Source of the DNA: a virus
Lineage: Duplodnaviria; Caudoviricetes
DNA length: 64,000 bases
IMG/VR virus record: IMGVR_UViG_3300005686_000008
Reading direction: 5' to 3' (one strand)
Positions 40,180 through 51,336 of this stretch are shown piece by piece (the first letter of the stretch is position 1; each line of letters starts with the position of its first letter). The translations under genes and the position numbers were made by a program. The notes under the pieces are model-generated. The model was given only the letters and a program-made list of their open reading frames with translations. It did no database searches and had not been told where the DNA came from.

Positions 40180-41220
40180 ATGGCTTTAACATCAATAGTT
40201 GGTTCTTTTATTTTTCCAGATACAAATTATGTTCCAGCAAATAATCCTAACTCTTTGATTCTTGATGCAACAAGAGACAAGATTGCTATGCCATATGTTT
40301 GTACTAAAACTGGTAACATATCAAAAGTTAGATTTATGACTTCCAGTGTTACGACTAGTGATACATTGAAAGTTTCATTTCAAGACAGAGACCTTGCTAC
40401 AGGTTATCCAGATGGCATAGTAGACGAATATAGAACATTATCTGTAACTACAGGACAAACATGGTATCAAACAGGAATAATGAGTAGTGACGGAACGGAT
40501 AATGGAACAAAAAGGGCAGTTACAAAAGGAGATAGATTTTGGATTGTATTTGAATTTAATAGTAGAGTTGCAGGTAATATGATTATATACATGACAAATA
40601 CTCCAACTGGAGATACTAACGAAGCATATTGCTCGCTTTCTACATCATCAGTATGGAGTAAAATAACTGGATGCGCTTGTGTAGAAATAGAATATGATGA
40701 TGGTTCAACAGTTTTTTCTCCATTTGCAATTCCAAGCATTAATAATGCAGCAACAATTGCAAGTAATACTAATCCAGATGAAATTGCCCTTAAATTCAAG
40801 TTTCCAGTACAAGTAGAAGTTACGGGAGCTTATGTTTTCATTGACTTAGATGCTAATTGTGATATTGTTTTATATGATAAAGACGGAACAACTGCTTTAG
40901 AAACCGTGTCCTTAGATTCAGATCAAAGAAATGGAACATCAGTATCTGGAACCCAAATAGAATTTGTTTCTTCAAGAACTTTAGAAGCAAATTCATATTA
41001 TTACCTTTCTATTAAACCAACTACTACAACAACTATTGGATACAGAACTTATGATTTTTACAACGCATCAAGTTTAGATATGGCTTGTGGAGGTCAAAAT
41101 TTCCACTTGGCCCAGAGAACTGATGCAGGATCGTGGACTCCTACTACAAATAAAAGACCTAAAATCTTTTTAAGAATCTCTAAGATAACTGCTAATTTTC
41201 CAATAGCATATAGCGGATAA
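40180..41220 (+). CDS. Putative virion-associated beta-rich protein
   Basis: Thr/Ser-rich, two related halves, lies in the fibre module. Confidence 0.55.
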   Translation: MALTSIVGSFIFPDTNYVPANNPNSLILDATRDKIAMPYVCTKTGNISKVRFMTSSVTTSDTLKVSFQDRDLATGYPDGIVDEYRTLSVTTGQTWYQTGIMSSDGTDNGTKRAVTKGDRFWIVFEFNSRVAGNMIIYMTNTPTGDTNEAYCSLSTSSVWSKITGCACVEIEYDDGSTVFSPFAIPSINNAATIASNTNPDEIALKFKFPVQVEVTGAYVFIDLDANCDIVLYDKDGTTALETVSLDSDQRNGTSVSGTQIEFVSSRTLEANSYYYLSIKPTTTTTIGYRTYDFYNASSLDMACGGQNFHLAQRTDAGSWTPTTNKRPKIFLRISKITANFPIAYSG

Positions 41221-41245
41221 TATTTTCAACAATAAAGGATTATAA

Positions 41246-43915
41246 ATGTCAGCAGGAAGACCAAAAGGAAATTTTTCTATTGCTTGGGCTGGTGCGGTTA
41301 CAAATGATGCGGCATCTGGTTCTGTTGCGTGGACAAATCCTTCTAATGCTGGGTTGCAAGATGATTCTTGGGCTACAGCATCTTTAACAAATAATGATAC
41401 TCAATATCTAAAGGCAACAAACTTTAATTTAATTCCAAGCATTCCAGCTACTGCAACTATAATAAGATTGAGTCCTGTTGTAAAAGGAAAAAGGAATGTT
41501 ACTTCTCCTTCTATTACTGATGCAGAAATCAAGTTTATAAAATCTGGAGTAATATCTGGAAATAGCTTTTCCAATGGGTCTGAATTGGGATCTAGTCAGA
41601 ATGTTGGATCTCAAAGAAACACCGTTTATTATGGAAGAGATAATGATGAAACTGGTGGACTTTCCTGGTCTTATTCAGATTTGACAAATGATACAAATTT
41701 TGGATTTGCTTATAGAGTTCAATCAACAGGAACGGCAACTGCAAGCGTGGACGCTCTTGGATTAATGGTATATTGGCAAGACACTCCCTCTGCCGTATGT
41801 ACAGCAAAAAGCCCAACAACAGGACAGCCTTCGGGAACTTTTATTAATGTGGATGCTCATTCTAGTATTATTGGAGATTCTTCATGGGAAAGAGTAGGAT
41901 TTAGATGGACAATAAAAGGTCCAGATGGATGGTCTATGACCACATTAGATCCAAGAAGAGGAACTGATATTAATGGGATTTCTCATAAATGGTCAACAGA
42001 CCTTACTGGAAGAACCATTTCTATTTATGCAGATAGAGCTGGTTCGTATAAATTCTTTTTTGATATGTATTTAGAAAATGGAAGTGTATTACGAAGCAAT
42101 GTTGTAACAGTAATTATAGATGCTAAAGCAACAACAAAAAGATATCTGAAGCCATCTTCAGGAAATAATGGAAATGATGGATTAACTGAAAACACTGCAT
42201 GGCAAACATGGTCTTACGCATTAACAAACACTCCAAATGATTGTACACTAATACTAGTAGATGATGAGACAATAAATGTAACATCAACTTCATCAAAATC
42301 CAATTGGACAAGGGTTTTAGTAACAAGGTCTAATACCGGAACGAATAGGCCTACTTTTAATATATCTGCAAGTCAAGCGCTTGGTACATTTACTGGAGAC
42401 GTTGATCTTGTATTTAAGGATATCAATTTTGGAGATTATACTGCCTATTCTGAATCAACAGTTCCTTATTTGATAAATGGATATAGTCATACTAGGTTAG
42501 GTATTATAAACTGTATTGGAGATAGATTTAACTCGGTTGTAGAAATAACATCTTTAGGGTCTAGTGATGGTATATTCATAATAAATAACAACTTAGGTAA
42601 CTTTAGAAGATACGTTTTATTTGCAGGTGGAGACCGAGTAAAAAACGTAGTCATAGCTGGCAATATAGTAAAGAGCGCAACAACAACAGGAGGAGAAGCC
42701 GCAATACGATTAGCGGCAGCTACTACTATTGATTGTTCTACTGGATATGGAGCTAATATTTTCTGGAATACTGCTCAATATAATCAAGGAGTTGCAAATG
42801 CTCAATCTTTTGTAAGAGTTGGTTGGTCTGGAGTTGATATTTGGGCTAATAGAGTTGATAAAATGGCGTGGGCGTATGCAGAAGGAGCTAACGGGGATAC
42901 TGTAGTTTCTCATATTATGGGAAACAGATTTGACGGAAATGATATAACTCAATCTAACGTATCAATAACAAATCAAAGGAATTCTTTTGGGTCTTTTTTC
43001 TGCAATCAATTTTTTGACGAAATGGATAGACCTTGGATTGCATCAAAAGCACTTGATTCTCTTAATTGGATACAAATTGCAAATACAACATGGAAAACAA
43101 CAACAGGGACAACTAGCATTGTTAATATTGAAAACGCAGATGGGACAACAAATCCTGGAGATATTTGGGGATTAGAGTTCAAAAATAGTTTATTCATTGC
43201 TGGATCAAGTTGGAACAGTACATGGTTTAGAGACCCTTCTTCACAAGGAACATTTGGATCAAGAAGTGCTAATATATCAAGAAATGTTTATAATAAAGCG
43301 GCTTCTACTAACTGGAGAAATGCCGGAACTTCTTTGAATCTTTCTAGCTGGAATGCGCTAAGCACTGTTGCCAATGAAGCGGCTGAATCTACTTTAACTT
43401 TAGCAGATATAGATGCTTCTACAAACTGGCTTCCTTCATCTGGGTTTACTACGGCAAGAACAAATGCATCTCCAGAACCTGGAGTATATTGGGATTATAG
43501 ATTTGTAAATAGAGATAATTCCGCAATAACATGGTCAACTGGATGTACTGGAACAGAAAGCGTTCCGTCCGCTCCATCTTTTACTATTACTCCTGGTTCA
43601 AGTCAAAATACTTTAGTATTAGGAAGTATAGGTAGCCTATTGAAAAGATCCATTTTTAGGTCTCTTACTTTTAGCGGACCTTACAATTGGATAGCAGAAA
43701 CAACCTCAAGTAATTTTGTTGATAATTTAGATGACAATTTAGTTGCTAATGGATTGACAAATGGAGTGACTTACTATTATGTTGTAGTAAATATTGATTC
43801 AATAAGGAATGTTTCTCCTTTTAGTTCAGAAATGAGTGGAACTCCAAGTTCAGAAGGAAAAACTTTGTTTATAGGGAATAGAAGTGGAACTCCATATTTC
43901 ATTTTTAACTCATAA
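41246..43915 (+). CDS. Large virion/depolymerase-like protein (PKD-like, beta-helix, FnIII-like C-terminus)
   Basis: GNNGNDGLTENTAWQT beta-helix entry motif; GLTNGVTYYYVV. Confidence 0.6.
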   Translation: MSAGRPKGNFSIAWAGAVTNDAASGSVAWTNPSNAGLQDDSWATASLTNNDTQYLKATNFNLIPSIPATATIIRLSPVVKGKRNVTSPSITDAEIKFIKSGVISGNSFSNGSELGSSQNVGSQRNTVYYGRDNDETGGLSWSYSDLTNDTNFGFAYRVQSTGTATASVDALGLMVYWQDTPSAVCTAKSPTTGQPSGTFINVDAHSSIIGDSSWERVGFRWTIKGPDGWSMTTLDPRRGTDINGISHKWSTDLTGRTISIYADRAGSYKFFFDMYLENGSVLRSNVVTVIIDAKATTKRYLKPSSGNNGNDGLTENTAWQTWSYALTNTPNDCTLILVDDETINVTSTSSKSNWTRVLVTRSNTGTNRPTFNISASQALGTFTGDVDLVFKDINFGDYTAYSESTVPYLINGYSHTRLGIINCIGDRFNSVVEITSLGSSDGIFIINNNLGNFRRYVLFAGGDRVKNVVIAGNIVKSATTTGGEAAIRLAAATTIDCSTGYGANIFWNTAQYNQGVANAQSFVRVGWSGVDIWANRVDKMAWAYAEGANGDTVVSHIMGNRFDGNDITQSNVSITNQRNSFGSFFCNQFFDEMDRPWIASKALDSLNWIQIANTTWKTTTGTTSIVNIENADGTTNPGDIWGLEFKNSLFIAGSSWNSTWFRDPSSQGTFGSRSANISRNVYNKAASTNWRNAGTSLNLSSWNALSTVANEAAESTLTLADIDASTNWLPSSGFTTARTNASPEPGVYWDYRFVNRDNSAITWSTGCTGTESVPSAPSFTITPGSSQNTLVLGSIGSLLKRSIFRSLTFSGPYNWIAETTSSNFVDNLDDNLVANGLTNGVTYYYVVVNIDSIRNVSPFSSEMSGTPSSEGKTLFIGNRSGTPYFIFNS

Positions 43916-44241
43916 GGATATTTTATGCCAATTATAGATGGTGGAAATGCAAATGATTCTTTTACTCAAAGCGTTAACGGAGGGTCTGCTAATTCAAGAT
44001 TTAATGATAATCTTGTTGGAGGTAATGCTAACTATAATTATGCAACATCTAATGCAGATTTAATATTTTTTATGAACCTAAAATTAGATACAACAGATTG
44101 TTGGTCTAGCTTTAATAAAAAATATAAATATTATCAGTTTTTAGTTCAAAATTCTCAAATTAAAAGCTTTTATAGACCAGATAATTTACCAGAAGAACCA
44201 ATTCCATCCGATAACCCAATATTAACATGTTAGGATATAAA

Positions 44242-44589
44242 ATGATTAAAATACTGTTAGCAATTATTGCAATATTGATGGCTGGTCCAGAACAAGAAAA
44301 ACCATACGTCGTTATTTATCCTATACAAGATTTAGAAATGGTCCTTCCAAACTATACAGAGGCTCCTCAACTAGATTTGAGCGCTATTCTAAGCGGGAAT
44401 AATCAGGGAAGCATATTTAGAGATGGTCAACCTCAGAATATAGTTACTGAGAAAAACTCTCAAGCCATTATTGAACTCATAGAAAATATTGTTGAACCTG
44501 AAGTTTGGGGAACGGAGGCTACTATCCGTTATTGGAAAGGAAATCTTATAATAAACGCCCCAAAAAGAATTCATGACAAAATCTACTGA
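44242..44589 (+). CDS. Secreted protein resembling a secretin N-domain fragment
   Basis: Signal peptide, IYPIQDL...IIELIENIVEPEVW...GNLIINAPKRIHDKI. Confidence 0.5.
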   Translation: MIKILLAIIAILMAGPEQEKPYVVIYPIQDLEMVLPNYTEAPQLDLSAILSGNNQGSIFRDGQPQNIVTEKNSQAIIELIENIVEPEVWGTEATIRYWKGNLIINAPKRIHDKIY

Positions 44590-44658
44590 TTCATTGTAGG
44601 AATATTGCTCGTTTGTCGTTAATCTATCTTGAGTCCCCAAACACAGGAGAAACGATAA

Positions 44659-45717
44659 ATGGCAATACTTGAATATTTGTGGTTAGATGGTTACGCTCAT
44701 AATGAAGAACATCCTCAAGATGTAGCAAACATTCGTTCCAAAGTAAAAGTTATTGAAGGCAATAAGATAGGAAGTATTGAGGATCTTCCTCTTTGGAGTT
44801 TTGACGGTTCTAGTACCATGCAGGCTTCTGGCAATAAAAGCGATTGCCTATTGAAGCCTGTTTTTGTTTGTAATAATCCTTTGCGTTTTTCTTCTAGTCA
44901 CTCAACTCATATTGTGATGTGCGAAGTTTTAAATGCGGATGGAACTCCGCATAAAAGCAATGCTAGAGCAAAACTGACTGAAGTATGGAATAAGCATAAA
45001 AAACATAAGATGTGGTTTGCTCTAGAACAAGAATATGCAATCTACGATCAATATGGAGAGAATCCTTATATGTGGCCAGATAATGGTTATCCCTCTCCGC
45101 AGGGTCGTTATTATTGCGGCGTTGGCTCTGATGTTGCTTGGGGACGACAAATAAGCGATGAACATCTTGAGGCTTGCATTGATGCCGGACTGCCAATATC
45201 AGGCACGAACGCAGAAGTTATGCCTTCTCAGTGGGAATATCAAATTGGACCTAGCGAGGCTCCAACAATCGCAGACCAACATTGGGTTTCTAGGTTCTTG
45301 TTAAATCGTATTGCTGAAAAATATAAGGCTACTATCAAGCTTGACCCAAAGCCAGTCAAGGGGGATTGGAATGGAACTGGTTGTCATATTAATTTCAGCA
45401 CTGAAGAGATGAGAAAAAATCTCAACATTCAAGATGTTGAAATCATTTGCAAGGCATTGGAAAACAATATTCCAAAACATCTTTCAATGTATGGCAAATG
45501 CAATGAACAAAGACTGACTGGCAAGCATGAAACCTGTTCTATTCATCAGTTTAGATACGGAGATGCAGATAGAGGCGCTTCTATTCGTATTCCGCCAGGC
45601 GTCCTAAAGGCTGGCAAGGGGTATTTGGAGGATAGAAGACCTGCCGCAAATATAGACCCATACGAGGCTTGCATGGTTCTTATGGATACTGTTTGCGGAG
45701 TGTATCAGCCTTCTTGA
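44659..45717 (+). CDS. glnII: Glutamine synthetase type II
   Basis: EYLWLDG, WSFDGSST, NAEVMPSQWEYQIGP, GDWNGTGCH, RLTGKHET, GYLEDRRPAANIDPY. Confidence 0.95.
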   Translation: MAILEYLWLDGYAHNEEHPQDVANIRSKVKVIEGNKIGSIEDLPLWSFDGSSTMQASGNKSDCLLKPVFVCNNPLRFSSSHSTHIVMCEVLNADGTPHKSNARAKLTEVWNKHKKHKMWFALEQEYAIYDQYGENPYMWPDNGYPSPQGRYYCGVGSDVAWGRQISDEHLEACIDAGLPISGTNAEVMPSQWEYQIGPSEAPTIADQHWVSRFLLNRIAEKYKATIKLDPKPVKGDWNGTGCHINFSTEEMRKNLNIQDVEIICKALENNIPKHLSMYGKCNEQRLTGKHETCSIHQFRYGDADRGASIRIPPGVLKAGKGYLEDRRPAANIDPYEACMVLMDTVCGVYQPS

Positions 45718-45741
45718 CTTGTGAAATTTACCGACTACAAT
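45714..45741 (+). promoter_or_regulatory. Sigma70-type promoter for the RNase P RNA
   Basis: TTGACT-N16-TACAAT, 8 nt before the RNA. Confidence 0.65.
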
Positions 45742-45749
45742 AGATAAGA

Positions 45750-45957
45750 CAACAAGGTTCGATCTATCGCTCTACCCCGTAAGGGATGAGAGGAAGTTCG
45801 CGACTGCACCACCTACCGTTGGAGGCCTAAACAGCCGTTCGGACAACGTAAGCAGCAACTCAAACAGTCTGAGAGCGTCGGTGGCTCTATGAGGACGGGT
45901 TGAGGCCATTAGAGAAATGATAGAATAGAACAGAATCGCGGCTACGGAATCTTGTTG
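45750..45957 (+). ncRNA. rnpB: Minimal RNase P RNA
   Basis: P1 CAACAAGGTTC/GAATCTTGTTG; CR-I GAGGAAGTTCGCG; CR-IV AGAAATGAT; CR-V AACAGAATCGCGGCTA. Confidence 0.85.
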
Positions 45958-46036
45958 TTTTTTATTTCATTGTGAAGGAATTGGCGATGCTCCGATAGAA
46001 ATACGAAATAACCCATGTTAACGCAGGAGACCGATA

Positions 46037-46354
46037 ATGAGCGCCATACTTTACATTGACACAACAGATAAAAACGTTTACTCTTTCCTTCCAGATGTTA
46101 CTGGTAAGGCAGTTATCGGTCTCGATTTGCCGCCTGGCGTTCCTGTTCAACTGCTTATAACTCAAGTTCAAGCCTTTATAGCAGGAATAACTCGATTCCC
46201 TATTCCTGTCATAATTAAGGCAACGTTTGCAGATCCTCCGATGCCTCCTCCGCCAAGCCCATCTCCAAGTCCGGCTCCTGAACCTTCCCCATCTCCAAGC
46301 CCGGCTCCTGAGCCATCACCATCTCCGTCTCCTTCCCCAAGTCCTGCTCCATAA
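46037..46354 (+). CDS. Small protein with Pro-Ser repeat tail
   Basis: (PS)n/PAPE repeats with varied synonymous codons; AGGAG SD. Confidence 0.7.
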   Translation: MSAILYIDTTDKNVYSFLPDVTGKAVIGLDLPPGVPVQLLITQVQAFIAGITRFPIPVIIKATFADPPMPPPPSPSPSPAPEPSPSPSPAPEPSPSPSPSPSPAP

Positions 46355-47258
46355 CATAGATTGAATATAAATTGAACGCAGGATATTATGATAGAAATGA
46401 ATCGCTAGAACTCTTCTTAGAAAGACAGAGAAGATATGCCCTTATAATGAAGGGAACTCCTGAAGAACAGTCCAAACTGAAAAAGTTATGGATAGAAGCT
46501 AGTAGGCTCGCTGGTAGTGATTGGTGCGAATATTCTAATGAAGAAACAACCGATAAGGGTATAGAGGAGTCTGCTAAATTATTGGGCGAGTTTAGGATTC
46601 TCCTTGCAAACATTCTTCATCGTGAGGAAACAAAATGGCAAAGCGAGAATCAAACAAAAAGCAGTTTGGAAGTATAGACACTGTTATATCTTTTTTACAA
46701 ACTAGACCTGATGTTGGCGGGTTTATCATACAAAAGAACGAAGATACCATAGAGTTTGATGGTTATTTTTCAGACGAGTTTTTGGGCAAAACACCAGAAG
46801 AGGCCTTTGGCACGCTTACCGTAGTCATAGCATCTATGAGAAACATGGCCGATACTCTTACGAAAAGACTCATAGCCTTATCTGGTGTGCCAGAAAATGA
46901 TGTCAAAAAAGGTATATCAGAAATGTATTATGAGATTTCTAAGACAGAACCAAACAAGAAAGATGACGACTAAATAAAAGGCTGTTATATGATAAAGGGA
47001 CTCGCTGCAACGATGGATACCTTTATGACTCTGATGATGTCGTTTGTTCTTTTTGTGACTTTTGGATTTCTTGGAACATTTGTAAATGGCTGGTTCTTTT
47101 TTGCGAACGCATTTCTGATTGTTTACTTGCTGTTTTTTATTCCGGCAAGAAATAAAGCTCTTCAAATGGAAGAAATCTTTGAAAGCGACTCCAAGAATAG
47201 CGGTCCCAAGCCCTCCCATTGATGAAGAAAGCGGCTAGACTAAACTTTTGCCGCAGAG

Positions 47259-48305
47259 ATGAAGGATACTATGGAAGCGAAAGCGATCCTGTCAATACCT
47301 GAAAATCAACCTGAGAGAATCTTCCCGAATTCGGAAGATGAAGCAAAGAGTGTTTTCCGGAAGTTGATAAAAGAGTGGCATCCAGACCACAATAAGAGCA
47401 GCGAAGCTCAGCAGGTAACATCTCACTTGCAAAAACTCTATGACGAGGTAATCGGTCGTATTCAAAAAGGAACCTGGTCTCTTCCTAACACCCTAACTTT
47501 TAAGGGTGTTGATGGTAAAGTTAGAACGGTCAAGTATCGTCGTAAGCGCAGTTTTGAACTGGGAGATTTTGCATACGGCGATAGAGTTGTATGCTATGTA
47601 GTAAAACCTGATTGCAAAGACTTGTTTGGCAGGGGACTTGAAACTATCAAGCATGGATTCAAGTACGAAAACAAGGAAATGGAAGAGGAAATTTCCAGGT
47701 ATCTTCCTAATCCTCTTGATTCTTTCGAGACTCAAGACGGTCATATGGTTCTTGTTCTTTCAAAGACTCCTGACGTTTTCCTGCTTCAAGATGTGTTAGA
47801 CCATTTCGGCGGAACTATTGATCCGAAGCATGTGGCATGGATTGTAAGCTGCATGCTTAATCTTGCATGCTACATGAGATACGCCGGAATAACCCATAAC
47901 GCGCTGTCAACAACCAATCTCTTCATTTCTCCACAATTTCATAGCATGGTCATACTCGGAGGTTGGTGGTATTCACAAAAAGTAGGGAAAAAGCTTGAGG
48001 CACTTCCTAGAATGTCGGCAGATATCGCTCCTATGGAGATGTTGGCCGATAAGATTGCAGACCACAAACTAGACCTTATGCTTGTCAGGGATATTGGGCT
48101 GGAACTTCTTGGTGATTCTTCTGGTTCTACTTTGCTACATGATGGCAAGACTCCTCAACCGTTAGTCAATTTCTTTAGAAGCATTACTGATGGTAACGCT
48201 TTTCAAGAGTATGAACGTTGGACGAAAAAGATTCTGATTGACAGTTTCGGCAAACGTCGCTTTGTCGAAATGAAAATTGAAGCAAGCGACATTTATAAGG
48301 ATTGA
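47259..48305 (+). CDS. J-domain plus kinase-like protein
   Basis: KEWHPD; C-terminal HVAWI...GITHNAL...GGWWY. Confidence 0.75.
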   Translation: MKDTMEAKAILSIPENQPERIFPNSEDEAKSVFRKLIKEWHPDHNKSSEAQQVTSHLQKLYDEVIGRIQKGTWSLPNTLTFKGVDGKVRTVKYRRKRSFELGDFAYGDRVVCYVVKPDCKDLFGRGLETIKHGFKYENKEMEEEISRYLPNPLDSFETQDGHMVLVLSKTPDVFLLQDVLDHFGGTIDPKHVAWIVSCMLNLACYMRYAGITHNALSTTNLFISPQFHSMVILGGWWYSQKVGKKLEALPRMSADIAPMEMLADKIADHKLDLMLVRDIGLELLGDSSGSTLLHDGKTPQPLVNFFRSITDGNAFQEYERWTKKILIDSFGKRRFVEMKIEASDIYKD

Positions 48306-48308
48306 ATA

Positions 48309-49217
48309 ATGGGAAATTCACGTTGGGATAGCGATAGTTGGACGAGTTATAGCGCTTCTGTTTCTTCGGCCCCTCGCGCAGCCATTTTTACCAGTAATGG
48401 AATGGATGATTCCCTTGATCCCAAGAAGATCAAGTTCCGTGAATCTGTTGATTCGGCTGCAAATCCGAATTCAACTCCCATTATGATTGGGGTTGATGAA
48501 ACTGGTTCAATGGGCGCTCTTGCTGAACAGATTATCAAGGAAGGCCTTGGAATCGTTATGAAGGAGATTTACGAGCGCAAGCCCGTTACTGATCCTCATT
48601 GCCTTTTGGCCGGCGTTGGCGATGCTGCTGCTGACCAGTCTCCTCTTCAGGTGACTCAGTTTGAGGCGGCTGTTGAGCCTTTGACAAAGCAGATTGAGAA
48701 GATTTACCTTGAAGGTAATGGCGGCGGCAACAACGGCGAGTCTTACAATCTCCTCTGGTACTTCGCTGCTCATAAGACGAAGTGCGATGCGATTAGCAAG
48801 CGCAAGCGCAAGGGGTATCTCTTCACTGTTGGTGACGAGAGGGTTCTTCCTAGCCTTACGAAGAGCCAGATCCAGAGGATTTTCGGCGATGATGTAGAGT
48901 CTGATATCAAGACCAAGGATCTTCTCAATCAGGTGAAGAAGCACTGGGAAGTCTTCCATATCATCGTTGAAACCAGCGCAACAAGGGATCAGGGCGCTAT
49001 TGAAAACTGGCGCGAGATTCTTGGCGAACGTGCTATCGTTATCCCCAACAAGGATAGTCTCGCAGAGATTATTGTTTCAACCATTCAGGTCAACGAAGGC
49101 GCTGACGCTGATAAGGTTGCTGATTCTTGGGACGGTTCAACTGCTGTTGTTGTTCGCGATGCTCTCAAGAACCTGAGTAAGTCATCCAGCGGTTCGAGCG
49201 ACCTGGTTCGCATGTAA
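48309..49217 (+). CDS. vWA-domain protein
   Basis: DETGSMG MIDAS-like motif, EGNGGGNNGESY, FTVGDE. Confidence 0.8.
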   Translation: MGNSRWDSDSWTSYSASVSSAPRAAIFTSNGMDDSLDPKKIKFRESVDSAANPNSTPIMIGVDETGSMGALAEQIIKEGLGIVMKEIYERKPVTDPHCLLAGVGDAAADQSPLQVTQFEAAVEPLTKQIEKIYLEGNGGGNNGESYNLLWYFAAHKTKCDAISKRKRKGYLFTVGDERVLPSLTKSQIQRIFGDDVESDIKTKDLLNQVKKHWEVFHIIVETSATRDQGAIENWREILGERAIVIPNKDSLAEIIVSTIQVNEGADADKVADSWDGSTAVVVRDALKNLSKSSSGSSDLVRM

Positions 49218-49242
49218 TCTCGCTTCAACAGGAGAATGTTAG

Positions 49243-50502
49243 ATGAACGTCACGGCAGTCATTGGCGCTAACTTCGGAGATGAAGGCAAGGGCCTAATGA
49301 CCGATTATTTCAGCGATAAAAAGACTGTCGTGGTACGACATAATGGCGGAGCGCAGGCTGGACACACTGTTGTTACTCCTGATGGTATTCGCCATGTATT
49401 TAGTCATTTTGGTAGCGGTACTCTTGCGGGTGCCGCTACCTTTCTTGGCCCTCGCTTTATTATCAATCCTCTTCTCTGGAAGAAAGAATTGGGGATTCTA
49501 AAGAAGATGGGTTTTGACCCAAAGGTTTTCTATGCTGGCGGGCTTGTAACCACTCCGTATGACATGCTAATTAACGAAGAGATCGAACGGTCTCGCGGAG
49601 ATGGTCGTCATGGCTCTTGCGGCGTTGGGATTAATGAGACAGTAACCCGTCATTATTCGGAAAAGTTTGCTTTTCCTCGTCTTAGGATTGACTCTAAGTG
49701 TAATATCCTGACTCGCAATAAAATTGTCAATACCGTAAAAAATATTCGCGACGAATATTGCGCTGCTCGCATCAAGGAGATTGGACTTTCTCCCAAGGCT
49801 TCATTCTACAGTATTTTCAATTCCGAAGCCTTACTTGAACGTTATGTTGACAATGTTATTGAGTTTGCCGAGCATTGCATCGAAATCAACACGGATGCCC
49901 AGGGTCTTAGAACTATGGGCATTCATCTTGGCGGCGAAGTCAATAACCTTGTGTTTGAAGGAGCGCAAGGTCTCCTTCTTGATGAAGAGCATTATTTCTT
50001 CCCTCATGTAACTAGAAGCAAGACTGGCCTAAATAACGTTCTTGATATTTGTCGCCAGTTTGAAATTAAAGAGGCTGATGCAACTTATGTTACTAGAGCG
50101 TATATGACCCGTCATGGACAAGGCCCATTTCCTAGCGAAGAAAAAGAACTCAAGTACGAAGATAAGACAAATGTTACTAATGAGTTTCAGGGAAGCCTTC
50201 GTTTTGGCTCTCTTGATGTTGACCTTACAAGCAAGGCTATTAGGAACGATCTTATCCTAGCTAGCGATAGGTTCTTTGAGCATACTGGTTGGGAACCCAT
50301 CAAGGTAAATCCTTCAATAGCTATTACCTGTCTTGATCAGGTCGGAAAAGAGATTTGTGTTTATGATGATGGAGAGAGATTTACTCTCAATGATGTTAAT
50401 GATCTGGTAGATATTTTTGTTGATAAGTGTAATATCCATGATTTTTATACAAGTTATGGCCCAACAAGAGCAAAAATATCTCCTCTATGCGTTGGAAAGT
50501 AA
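49243..50502 (+). CDS. purA: Adenylosuccinate synthetase-like protein
   Basis: GANFGDEGKG, GGAQAGHT, FEGAQGLLLD, TRHGQGP. Confidence 0.88.
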   Translation: MNVTAVIGANFGDEGKGLMTDYFSDKKTVVVRHNGGAQAGHTVVTPDGIRHVFSHFGSGTLAGAATFLGPRFIINPLLWKKELGILKKMGFDPKVFYAGGLVTTPYDMLINEEIERSRGDGRHGSCGVGINETVTRHYSEKFAFPRLRIDSKCNILTRNKIVNTVKNIRDEYCAARIKEIGLSPKASFYSIFNSEALLERYVDNVIEFAEHCIEINTDAQGLRTMGIHLGGEVNNLVFEGAQGLLLDEEHYFFPHVTRSKTGLNNVLDICRQFEIKEADATYVTRAYMTRHGQGPFPSEEKELKYEDKTNVTNEFQGSLRFGSLDVDLTSKAIRNDLILASDRFFEHTGWEPIKVNPSIAITCLDQVGKEICVYDDGERFTLNDVNDLVDIFVDKCNIHDFYTSYGPTRAKISPLCVGK

Positions 50503-51336
50503 TAAATGGATAACATACTGTTTGACATTCGAGGCGATAAAGGGCAGTTCAAAGCCGCAATGGATTATATCAAATCTATTGCTCCAGGCGGCAAAGCCGT
50601 TCGCTATGCTATTGTTCCCACAAAAGGATTGGTTCTTTTCTGGCATGAACAAGATGATAAAATTGTTAAACTAGACTTCCCGTATATAACAGATCCTAAA
50701 TGGAATAAGGATACTGCCAAATCTTTTAATGTTGAACTTAAAAAGTTTGATATTCCTTGGGAGAAGTTTGTAGAGGCGTGGGTTTTTTCTACAGATCCTA
50801 CTCAGTTTGAACTTGATGAATGGGAAAGAGACCTAGAAGATTTTGATGGTAGCACTGGTAATGGTTTTAGAATAACTTGCGATACATGGGGTCATGTTGG
50901 TGGAAACCATTATGCATTTGCTATCATAAAGCCGATTTTTGCATGGTATGGCAAATAAAAGGAATTGAAATATGAGTATTGGAACCTCAGAAGCAAAGAG
51001 TATGCTCAAGAAATGGAACAGCCTTCAAAAGGTTGCTGATAAGCTAGGTCTTTACATTTCTGATGAATATTCAGATCAAGACTATGAATATGTAGTTGTC
51101 CCAAAGAATATGAAGAGGCATCTTCCTGTCCTTATTGGTCTTCATGATCAAAATGGGTTCCGCAACAATTTCCCAATTTGGTATCTTGAAAATATGGATA
51201 GCATTTTAGACTTCCTTGGAGGCATTGCGCTTTCTCAAGGGAAAGTCTTGACTGTAGAAGATAACGATCATGACAAATGGATTCTTGCAGATCCTGAAAA
51301 GTTTAGCGCTAAAGACCTGAACAGGGATTGATATAA

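Noticed and set aside
49243-50502. PurZ / 2-aminoadenine (Z-genome) pathway
   Set aside because: The motif is GDEGKG with the PurA catalytic Asp, not the Ser-containing PurZ variant; no dATPase or MazZ is recognisable nearby.
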